Shown here: positions 17,515-25,409 of the stretch, in pieces
Position numbering within the stretch: the first letter of the stretch is position 1
How the letters are laid out: each line of letters starts with the position of its first letter
Assembly (NCBI GenBank): GCA_963840935.1
Contig: CAWJAS010000001.1
Location: forward strand, 645,834 to 704,789
Origin: Candidatus Magasanikiibacteriota bacterium
Lineage (GTDB): Bacteria; Patescibacteriota; Patescibacteriia; Magasanikbacterales; GWA2-37-8
DNA: 58,956 nt
Direction of reading: 5' to 3'
Position numbers and translations under genes: made by a program
The notes under the pieces: generated by a model
The model's input: only the letters and a program-made list of their open reading frames with translations
Told to the model about the DNA's origin: nothing
Database searches by the model: none

Positions 17515-20500
17515 CTAGGGAGTGTATTCCGTGAGGAAACCCTCGGACAGGCACGACCGGTAGTTGACCGGGTCGGTCTCGTCGCAGAGAGGGTTACTCA
17601 GGCACTCTTCGTAGGAAGGAAGCGAAGCCCAGTCGGACTGATCGGTCAGACAGCACTCGGGGAGAGGCTGTTCGTCGGCGCAAGTGTCGGGCCACACACC
17701 GCAAAGCGGCATGGACACGCCATCTTCGTACTCCCACATGGCGGGAGACCAGTACTCGCAACCACCGTCGTCGTAGTTGTTGCAGGTGGTGTTGTCGGTG
17801 GAGCCGTCCTTGTCGGGATCGTAATCCCAGCAGAACAAGTACTCGCCGATTGCCGGTTCGGGAAGCGGATAGCAGACTCTCGAGTCGCGTCCGCAAACCT
17901 CACCATCCGCGCAGTCGGTTGCATCGATGCATTCGACGCAAACGTTATCCAAGCAAAGAAGGTCTCCGAGACAGTCATCATCAATCCAACACTCTTCGGG
18001 ATCAGTGTCCGAATCCGTGTCGGTGTCAGAGTCAGTATCGGAGTCCGTATCGGAATCCGTATCCGCGTCGGTGTCGGCATCCGTGTCGGCATCCGTGTCG
18101 GAATCCGTGTCGGAATCCGTATCCGCGTCGGTGTCGGCATCAGCGCCACCGTCCACGCCTCCATCCGTCTCACTGCAAGTCGATTCCGAATCGCAGTAGA
18201 GACCGTCGTCACAAGGATCGACCGGAGGAGAAGCGCACGGCTCGTCGAGTTCGCCGACGCAAGTGCCGAAGTCGCTCACGTTCTCGCAGATATAACCGCA
18301 ATCAACGCAAACCGGGTCGTCACTCACCATGGCGCAAATGCTGTTCGCGCCACAGAAGTCGAGGAATTCCGATTCACTCGTTACCGCGCCGTTGCAGATC
18401 GGCGAGGCACCACCGCAGAAACGATGGAACGTGAACCGAATCGGGTCGGCTCCACAGAGAACCCCGGTGCACTCATCGAACACAACGGAGTCGCATTCGT
18501 AAGAGCTATCGAGGAACTCATCGGCCGGGCAATACGGGCTAGACCCGTCACAATATTCATCCAAATCGCAGTCGCCTTCCGAAGGACGGCAAAGCGATCC
18601 GGAATCCAACGAATCGACGGGACAGCTCGCGGAAACACCGGTGCAATACTCGGTGAGATCACACTCACCTACCGCAGCACGGCACTCGGTGGTGTCCGGC
18701 AGGAACGAATCGTCCGGGCAGTCGCCCGCTCCGTCGCAGTACTCGTCCACGTCGCAAACGCCAGCCGAAGCATGGCAGATCACGGTGGTGGGCTCGTAGT
18801 TCGGGAGGCAGGTTCCCGCTCCGTCGCAGGTGTCGGCGCTGTCGCAGACATCGACGGTGGTATCACCGCAAGCGGTACCCGACGGCTCGAAGCCGTCGTC
18901 CGGGCAGTCAGCCGAGGAACCGGTGCAGAATTCGGCGACATCGCAGTCACCCACATCAGCACGGCACTCGGTGGTGTCCGGCAGGAACGAATCGTCCGGG
19001 CAGTCGCCCGCTCCGTCGCAGTACTCGTCCACGTCGCAAACGCCAGCCGAAGCATGGCAGATCACGGTGGTGGGCTCGTAGTTCGGGAGGCAGGTTCCCG
19101 CTCCGTCGCAGGTGTCGGCGCTGTCGCAGACATCGACGGTGGTATCACCGCAAGCGGTACCCGACGGCTCGAAGCCGTCGTCCGGGCAGTCAGCCGAGGA
19201 ACCGGTGCAGAATTCGGCGACATCGCAGTCACCCACATCAGCACGGCACTCGGTGGTGTCCGGCAGGAACGAATCGTCCGGGCAGTCGCCCGCTCCGTCG
19301 CAGTACTCGTCCACGTCGCAAACGCCAGCCGAAGCATGGCAGATCACGGTGGTGGGCTCGTAGTTCGGGAGGCAGGTTCCCGCTCCGTCGCAGGTGTCGG
19401 CGCTGTCGCAGACATCGACGGTGGTATCACCGCAAGCGGTACCCGACGGCTCGAAGCCGTCGTCCGGGCAGTCAGCCGAGGAACCGGTGCAGAATTCGGC
19501 GACATCGCAGTCACCCACATCAGCACGGCACTCGGTGGTGTCCGGCAGGAACGAATCGTCCGGGCAGTCGCCCGCTCCGTCGCAGTACTCGTCCACGTCG
19601 CAAACGCCAGCCGAAGCATGGCAGATCACGGTGGTGGGCTCGTAGTTCGGGAGGCAGGTTCCCGCTCCGTCGCAGGTGTCGGCGCTGTCGCAGACATCGA
19701 CGGTGGTATCACCGCAAGCGGTACCCGACGGCTCGAAGCCGTCGTCCGGGCAGTCAGCCGAGGAACCGGTGCAGAATTCGGCGACATCGCAGTCACCCAC
19801 ATCAGCACGGCACTCGGTGGTGTCCGGCAGGAACGAATCGTCCGGGCAGTCGCCCGCTCCGTCGCAGTACTCGTCCACGTCGCAAACGCCAGCCGAAGCA
19901 TGGCAGATCACGGTGGTGGGCTCGTAGTTCGGGAGGCAGGTTCCCGCTCCGTCGCAGGTGTCGGCGCTGTCGCAGACATCGACGGTGGTATCACCGCAAG
20001 CGGTACCCGACGGCTCGAAGCCGTCGTCCGGGCAGTCAGCCGAGGAACCGGTGCAGAATTCGGCGACATCGCAGTCACCCACATCAGCACGGCACTCGGT
20101 GGTGTCCGGCAGGAACGAATCGTCCGGGCAGTCGCCCGCTCCGTCGCAGTACTCGTCCACGTCGCAAACGCCAGCCGAAGCATGGCAGATCACGGTGGTG
20201 GGCTCGTAGTTCGGGAGGCAGGTTCCCGCTCCGTCGCAGGTGTCGGCGCTGTCGCAGACATCGACGGTGGTATCACCGCAAGCGGTACCCGACGGCTCGA
20301 AGCCGTCGTCCGGGCAGTCAGCCGAGGAACCGGTGCAGAATTCGGCGACATCGCAGTCACCCACATCAGCACGGCACTCGGTGGTGTCCGGCAGGAACGA
20401 ATCGTCCGGGCAGTCGCCCGCTCCGTCGCAGTACTCGTCCACGTCGCAAACGCCAGCCGAAGCATGGCAGATCACGGTGGTGGGCTCGTAGTTCGGGAGG

Positions 20501-23325
20501 CAGGTTCCCGCTCCGTCGCAGGTGTCGGCGCTGTCGCAGACATCGACGGTGGTATCACCGCAAGCGGTACCCGACGGCTCGAAGCCGTCGTCCGGGCAGT
20601 CAGCCGAGGAACCGGTGCAGAATTCGGCGACATCGCAGTCACCCACATCAGCACGGCACTCGGTGGTGTCCGGCAGGAACGAATCGTCCGGGCAGTCGCC
20701 CGCTCCGTCGCAGTACTCGTCCACGTCGCAAACGCCAGCCGAAGCATGGCAGATCACGGTGGTGGGCTCGTAGTTCGGGAGGCAGGTTCCCGCTCCGTCG
20801 CAGGTGTCGGCGCTGTCGCAGACATCGACGGTGGTATCACCGCAAGCGGTACCCGACGGCTCGAAGCCGTCGTCCGGGCAGTCAGCCGAGGAACCGGTGC
20901 AGAATTCGGCGACATCGCAGTCACCCACATCAGCACGGCACTCGGTGGTGTCCGGCAGGAACGAATCGTCCGGGCAGTCGCCCGCTCCGTCGCAGTACTC
21001 GTCCACGTCGCAAACGCCAGCCGAAGCATGGCAGATCACGGTGGTGGGCTCGTAGTTCGGGAGGCAGGTTCCCGCTCCGTCGCAGGTGTCGGCGCTGTCG
21101 CAGACATCGACGGTGGTATCACCGCAAGCGGTACCCGACGGCTCGAAGCCGTCGTCCGGGCAGTCAGCCGAGGAACCGGTGCAGAATTCGGCGACATCGC
21201 AGTCACCCACATCAGCACGGCACTCGGTGGTGTCCGGCAGGAACGAATCGTCCGGGCAGTCGCCCGCTCCGTCGCAGTACTCGTCCACGTCGCAAACGCC
21301 AGCCGAAGCATGGCAGATCACGGTGGTGGGCTCGTAGTTCGGGAGGCAGGTTCCCGCTCCGTCGCAGGTGTCGGCGCTGTCGCAGACATCGACGGTGGTA
21401 TCACCGCAAGCGGTACCCGACGGCTCGAAGCCGTCGTCCGGGCAGTCAGCCGAGGAACCGGTGCAGAATTCGGCGACATCGCAGTCACCCACATCAGCAC
21501 GGCACTCGGTGGTGTCCGGCAGGAACGAATCGTCCGGGCAGTCGCCCGCTCCGTCGCAGTACTCGTCCACGTCGCAAACGCCAGCCGAAGCATGGCAGAT
21601 CACGGTGGTGGGCTCGTAGTTCGGGAGGCAGGTTCCCGCTCCGTCGCAGGTGTCGGCGCTGTCGCAGACATCGACGGTCAGATCCCCGCAAGCGGTACCC
21701 GACGGCTCGAACAGTCCACCATCAGTGCAACATTCCGTTGCCGGGTCACACTGTGTGGCGCATTCTCCAACGCCTCCGGTTTCCACGCAACCGAACGCGC
21801 AATCGACGCAGGAAGCGTAGGTCGCGTTATCGGTCTCGCAGACCGAATCCATCGAGCAGGCGTCGATATCGGTCCAGCCGGAGCTGTTGATATCGCCGTC
21901 GCACGCATCGGAATCGCCGGCGCAGATCTGGAACAACACGTTCATTTGCGGAATTGCTCCGCACTCGGTACCGGTGCACTGGTACTCGGACCAGTTGTCG
22001 CAGACCGTACCGAAAGACAGGAACGTGCCGGTTGCGGTATCGCAACAGTCACCACTGGTGCACTGCGGATCCGTGTCCGTATCCGTGTCGGTGTCGGTAT
22101 CCGTATCGGTATCCGTATCGGTATCGGTGTCGGTATCGGTATCCGTATCGGTATCCGTATCGGTGTCGGTATCCGTGTCCGTATCCGTGTCGGTGTCGGT
22201 ATCCGTGTCCGTATCGGTATCCGTGTCCGTGTCGGCATCGCCACTTGACTGGCACTCGCCAACCAGACATCCGAACTCACAATCGTCGCACGTGGCGAAG
22301 GTTGAGATATCCGTTTCGCAAATGGCATCAACCGAGCAATCCTGAATGGTCACCCAGTCGCTCGAGAAGATCTCGCCATCGCAAAACTCGGAATCGCCGA
22401 CGCAGTACTGAACGTTGGCGCGCATCTGCGCGTCAGCTCCGCAATCACCTGACGAACACTGGAACTGAACCCAGCTATCGCAGGAATTCGAACTGTCCAT
22501 GAACGTTCCTGTTACGGTGTCGCAACAGTCGCCACTGGTACACTGCGGAGGGTCCGTATCCGTGTCGGTGTCCGTGTCGGTGTCCGTGTCGGTATCCGTA
22601 TCGGTGTCGGTATCCGTGTCGGTGTCGGTATCCGTGTCCGTATCGGTGTCCGTATCGGTGTCCGTGTCGGTGTCTGTATCGGTGTCCGTATCGGTGTCCG
22701 TGTCGGTGTCTGTATCGGTGTCCGTGTCGGTATCCGTGTCGGCATCACCGCCCACACAGAACGACTCGCTCAAGCAAGTCCCTCCTGTGGTGAACCCGTC
22801 CACGGCCGTACAGCACATGGCTATCGGGTAACGGATCGGGCAAGGGTCACCTGCCGGCTGGTAGGTCAGCAAGCACTCGGGCGTCGGGTCTGCGGTCGTC
22901 CAGATGTCTGGACTCCCGTACTCACACCCGTCGACAAAGACCTGTTCGCAAGAACCGCCGACAGTGAGCGAATCACCATCGTTGTCTTCGTCCCAGCAGA
23001 AGTTGGACTGGCCGGAGCCGGGCACGGGCATGTCGTAGCATGTGGTCGTGTCCACTCCGTAAACCTGTCCGTCGTCCGGACAGGCGACCGAAACGTCGTC
23101 GCAGATGAAATCGTACGGATCCGTGTCGGAATCCGTATCGGTGTCGGTATCGGTATCCGAATCGGTATCCGTGTCCGAATCCGCGTCGCTGTCGGAATCG
23201 GTATCCGAATCAGCGTCCACATCCGTTCCCTTGTACACCGACTGAGTGCTGTCGCCGGGATTCGGCGAAAGACACCCGGTCGCGCCCAAGAAAGCGCAAC
23301 AGACGAGCCAGAAAAACTTTCTCAT
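17515..23325 (-). CDS. Giant secreted lipoprotein with (Asp-Thr)n linkers and tandem disintegrin-like Cys-rich repeats
   Basis: 1936 aa. SD aaaggaggaaagaggaa precedes the ATG. Signal peptide plus lipobox MRKFFWLVCCAFLGATGC. Four D/T/S tracts, two CTSGDCCD domains, and 11 x 94-aa repeats containing CRADVGDCDVAEFCTGSSADCPDDGFEPSGTAC. GC3-rich codons on this strand. Confidence 0.9.
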   Translation of the reverse strand: MRKFFWLVCCAFLGATGCLSPNPGDSTQSVYKGTDVDADSDTDSDSDADSDTDTDSDTDTDTDTDSDTDPYDFICDDVSVACPDDGQVYGVDTTTCYDMPVPGSGQSNFCWDEDNDGDSLTVGGSCEQVFVDGCEYGSPDIWTTADPTPECLLTYQPAGDPCPIRYPIAMCCTAVDGFTTGGTCLSESFCVGGDADTDTDTDTDTDTDTDTDTDTDTDTDTDTDTDTDTDTDTDTDTDTDTDTDTDTDTDTDTDTDTDPPQCTSGDCCDTVTGTFMDSSNSCDSWVQFQCSSGDCGADAQMRANVQYCVGDSEFCDGEIFSSDWVTIQDCSVDAICETDISTFATCDDCEFGCLVGECQSSGDADTDTDTDTDTDTDTDTDTDTDTDTDTDTDTDTDTDTDTDTDTDTDTDTDTDTDTDPQCTSGDCCDTATGTFLSFGTVCDNWSEYQCTGTECGAIPQMNVLFQICAGDSDACDGDINSSGWTDIDACSMDSVCETDNATYASCVDCAFGCVETGGVGECATQCDPATECCTDGGLFEPSGTACGDLTVDVCDSADTCDGAGTCLPNYEPTTVICHASAGVCDVDEYCDGAGDCPDDSFLPDTTECRADVGDCDVAEFCTGSSADCPDDGFEPSGTACGDTTVDVCDSADTCDGAGTCLPNYEPTTVICHASAGVCDVDEYCDGAGDCPDDSFLPDTTECRADVGDCDVAEFCTGSSADCPDDGFEPSGTACGDTTVDVCDSADTCDGAGTCLPNYEPTTVICHASAGVCDVDEYCDGAGDCPDDSFLPDTTECRADVGDCDVAEFCTGSSADCPDDGFEPSGTACGDTTVDVCDSADTCDGAGTCLPNYEPTTVICHASAGVCDVDEYCDGAGDCPDDSFLPDTTECRADVGDCDVAEFCTGSSADCPDDGFEPSGTACGDTTVDVCDSADTCDGAGTCLPNYEPTTVICHASAGVCDVDEYCDGAGDCPDDSFLPDTTECRADVGDCDVAEFCTGSSADCPDDGFEPSGTACGDTTVDVCDSADTCDGAGTCLPNYEPTTVICHASAGVCDVDEYCDGAGDCPDDSFLPDTTECRADVGDCDVAEFCTGSSADCPDDGFEPSGTACGDTTVDVCDSADTCDGAGTCLPNYEPTTVICHASAGVCDVDEYCDGAGDCPDDSFLPDTTECRADVGDCDVAEFCTGSSADCPDDGFEPSGTACGDTTVDVCDSADTCDGAGTCLPNYEPTTVICHASAGVCDVDEYCDGAGDCPDDSFLPDTTECRADVGDCDVAEFCTGSSADCPDDGFEPSGTACGDTTVDVCDSADTCDGAGTCLPNYEPTTVICHASAGVCDVDEYCDGAGDCPDDSFLPDTTECRADVGDCDVAEFCTGSSADCPDDGFEPSGTACGDTTVDVCDSADTCDGAGTCLPNYEPTTVICHASAGVCDVDEYCDGAGDCPDDSFLPDTTECRADVGDCDVAEFCTGSSADCPDDGFEPSGTACGDTTVDVCDSADTCDGAGTCLPNYEPTTVICHASAGVCDVDEYCDGAGDCPDDSFLPDTTECRAAVGECDLTEYCTGVSASCPVDSLDSGSLCRPSEGDCDLDEYCDGSSPYCPADEFLDSSYECDSVVFDECTGVLCGADPIRFTFHRFCGGASPICNGAVTSESEFLDFCGANSICAMVSDDPVCVDCGYICENVSDFGTCVGELDEPCASPPVDPCDDGLYCDSESTCSETDGGVDGGADADTDADTDSDTDSDTDADTDADTDADTDSDTDSDTDSDTDTDSDTDPEECWIDDDCLGDLLCLDNVCVECIDATDCADGEVCGRDSRVCYPLPEPAIGEYLFCWDYDPDKDGSTDNTTCNNYDDGGCEYWSPAMWEYEDGVSMPLCGVWPDTCADEQPLPECCLTDQSDWASLPSYEECLSNPLCDETDPVNYRSCLSEGFLTEYTP
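18676..21711 (-). repeat. Perfect in-frame tandem repeat, 282-bp unit, about 10.8 copies
   Basis: The unit start agcacggcactcgg recurs at 18676 and 18958 (offset 282). The ORF track shows ten identical 91-aa and ten identical 83-aa shadow ORFs spaced exactly 282 nt. The last copy diverges after 21678. Confidence 0.95.
22067..22238 (-). repeat. (Asp-Thr)n coding tract (degenerate GAY-ACN hexamer repeat)
   Basis: Plus-strand gtccgt/atcggt/gtcggt iterations that translate as DTDTDT... on the minus strand. Approximate bounds. Confidence 0.85.
22550..22745 (-). repeat. (Asp-Thr)n coding tract, second long copy
   Basis: Same degenerate hexamer pattern, about 32 DT dipeptides. Approximate bounds. 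Confidence 0.85.
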
Positions 23326-23628
23326 TTCCTCTTTCCTCCTTTTGCATCATCACACTTGTTATAGGCAAACACGTATTTGCTCGCCTATTATTTCACTTCC
23401 TTCAATTTTCAAAGGACTTGTCATATTACTAAGCTCTATTCCGCTCGCGCAAAAAAAGCGCTACACGGCAGGGAGAGCAACCCTGTTTTCTTCCGGCAAA
23501 TTTTACCGAAAAAAAACAAAGCAAAAAACCAAAACATTTTTTGAGAGAGTTTTGGCTTATTTCTCGTAAATCAGCCGGCTCTCTCCCCTGCTAATTAATT
23601 GATTTTTACATCTTTATAATAACACTAA

Positions 23629-23657
23629 ATACTATCACTTTTACTCTAATTTGTCAA
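23629..23657 (-). promoter_or_regulatory. Sigma70-type promoter for the giant lipoprotein gene
   Basis: Minus strand: TTGACA (23657-23652), 17-nt spacer, TAGTAT (23634-23629). Confidence 0.55.
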
Positions 23658-23784
23658 TAGTTATAACGATTTTGTAATAAAATTATGACTTTGACGCGAA
23701 AACATAATGATTTAGCTTGTTTTAGCCAAAAAAATTCTACTTTAAGTAGAATTTTTTAGAACTTATTGATTATAATGACTCAAG

Positions 23785-24399
23785 TTAACTTTTTTTGTTC
23801 ATACCCGGCTTTTGTGAATTTATATTTCTCAAATTTCTGAAAGTTTCGTCATGACTTCCCTCTTCGATTTCCGTGCTGTTCAAATCATCGTCGAATTCAA
23901 TACCATCATAATCTAATGATTCGTTTTTAATTTTCTGTGATTTTGCCTGACTAATTACATCCCCCAACATATCCTTGTCATTCATAACAAGTGCCAATCC
24001 AATTTTATTGAATAATTCCGCGTGCAAATCGGGACGTATTTCTTCAAAAAAAGTTTGCGTGTGACCTTTAGCTTTTTTATACTTAAATATTCTTGCTAAA
24101 TTATTATATCTTTGAAATGTATCGGAAGATATATTGAAATTTTTTAATAATGTGTAAAATCCATTATCCATTGTAACCATCAATTTCTGTTCGGCAGTCA
24201 GTCCCCGCAAATATCTATCAGTAATTTTATTTTTTTGTTCTTGATAACGAGTGATTTCTTTTACAATCTCTAATTCACTAGAATTATCGCCCAATAATCG
24301 CATGCATCGAACTCCCGTCTCGGCCACATTATCGAGCATAACTTTATTATAAATTTTTATAGCTTCAATCAAATCGATAAACTTATAATTTTCCGGCAA
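23785..24399 (-). CDS. Hypothetical protein (AT-rich gene inside the island); frame is open upstream to the TAG of the preceding gene
   Basis: 204-aa ORF with a TTG start. The 28 codons upstream (DFSNYESDEEINFLSVTEEEGPAPRKIE) are in frame and stop-free back to the TAG at 24484-24486. Confidence 0.5.
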   Translation of the reverse strand: MPENYKFIDLIEAIKIYNKVMLDNVAETGVRCMRLLGDNSSELEIVKEITRYQEQKNKITDRYLRGLTAEQKLMVTMDNGFYTLLKNFNISSDTFQRYNNLARIFKYKKAKGHTQTFFEEIRPDLHAELFNKIGLALVMNDKDMLGDVISQAKSQKIKNESLDYDGIEFDDDLNSTEIEEGSHDETFRNLRNINSQKPGMNKKS

Positions 24400-24483
24400 T
24401 TCAATTTTTCTTGGCGCCGGACCCTCTTCTTCAGTAACCGACAGAAAATTAATTTCTTCGTCTGATTCGTAATTTGAAAAATC

Positions 24484-25203
24484 CTAAATCATTTTCTGAA
24501 ATAAATTATTGTAAATTGAATAAATAGTTCTAGCATCTCTTCTTGAATAGGCAGTTGACAAATCGTCAATGATATTTTTTATCTCTTCCGTTTCCAAAGC
24601 TTGGGTTCCCAAATTATCAATAATAATTTTTCTTGCCATCTCATTTGCTTTGTCATATAAAGCACCTTGGTCCATATCTTCCATGGTTTCTTGTTTTTTT
24701 ATAACATCAACCGCTAAAGGGTTTTCTTCCAGATAATCTTTATAATCTGATGGTAATGGATTAAAAGCATTCCCGGTTGCCGGAATCCTTTTTTTATATT
24801 TCGGTTCCTTAATTAATTCACGCAAAAGACCGGCTGACATTTTTAATAATACCAAATCATGTGTCGCCAATTTTTCTTTGGCTTCACGAACAATACGCTC
24901 AACATAATCGTCCATTTGCTCGGTCTCGTCTTTTTCTTGATGATCTGAATTAAGACCGGTTGCGCCTGCTTCCAATGAAACGGCGTTTAAACTAGAAGCC
25001 AACAAAACACCGGCAATCCAAGCTTTCCATTTTGTACCAATCTCTGGCAAAAATTCTTTTTTATTATTATCGCCTGATGCTCGACTGACTAAATCAAGGG
25101 TTTCATTTCTTGAAACTTCAAAAGTTGTATCTACAATTTGCCTCCCAACACTTTTTTTGGTTGCAAATATTTCAGCGTTATTTATGCTTTTTCCTTCCCG
25201 CAT
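24484..25203 (-). CDS. Hypothetical single-pass membrane protein (AT-rich gene inside the island)
   Basis: 239 aa with one hydrophobic segment, WKAWIAGVLLASSLNAVSL. No SD. Confidence 0.5.
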   Translation of the reverse strand: MREGKSINNAEIFATKKSVGRQIVDTTFEVSRNETLDLVSRASGDNNKKEFLPEIGTKWKAWIAGVLLASSLNAVSLEAGATGLNSDHQEKDETEQMDDYVERIVREAKEKLATHDLVLLKMSAGLLRELIKEPKYKKRIPATGNAFNPLPSDYKDYLEENPLAVDVIKKQETMEDMDQGALYDKANEMARKIIIDNLGTQALETEEIKNIIDDLSTAYSRRDARTIYSIYNNLFQKMI

Positions 25204-25270
25204 ATTTATAGAATATTATAATTATTCATTATTATTTTATAATATCTTTTTTATTGTTATTTTGCAAACA

Positions 25271-25296
25271 AAAAATCCCGGCACAAGGCCTGGATT
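25271..25296 (-). terminator. Hairpin terminator after the 509-aa lipoprotein gene
   Basis: aatcc-cggc-acaag-gcc-tggatt, an imperfect stem. The A-run at 25270-25275 is a T-run on the minus strand. Confidence 0.45.
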
Positions 25297-25307
25297 CTTT
25301 GATTCAT

Positions 25308-25337
25308 CTGAGATTGTCTGAGAGATAGACCATCTCA
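25308..25337 (-). repeat. Conserved 3'-UTR hairpin motif, copy 2
   Basis: ctgagattgtctgagagatagaccatctca, compare 17427-17461. Confidence 0.5.
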
Positions 25338-25409
25338 AGTGGATTGGCAGTTTGATGGTACTGCCGGACCGAAATGAGCGATAGGATAGAACAAGGAAGG
25401 GTGGAACCG

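Noticed and set aside
18676-21711. Regular 282-bp periodic array considered as a CRISPR array or satellite.
   Set aside because: - There are no unique spacers, because the whole unit repeats.
- It is in frame inside a CDS and encodes a Cys-rich module.
- No cas genes are in the window.
17461-22248. 1595-aa plus-strand ORF, plus the periodic 83-aa and 91-aa ORFs every 282 nt, overlapping the giant gene.
   Set aside because: - They are shadow ORFs in GC-rich DNA.
- The products are R/A/V/G-rich, with no RBS, signal peptide or motifs.
- The minus strand has an RBS, a lipobox, an ordered Cys pattern and GC3-rich codons.
- The periodic small ORFs only reflect the tandem repeat.
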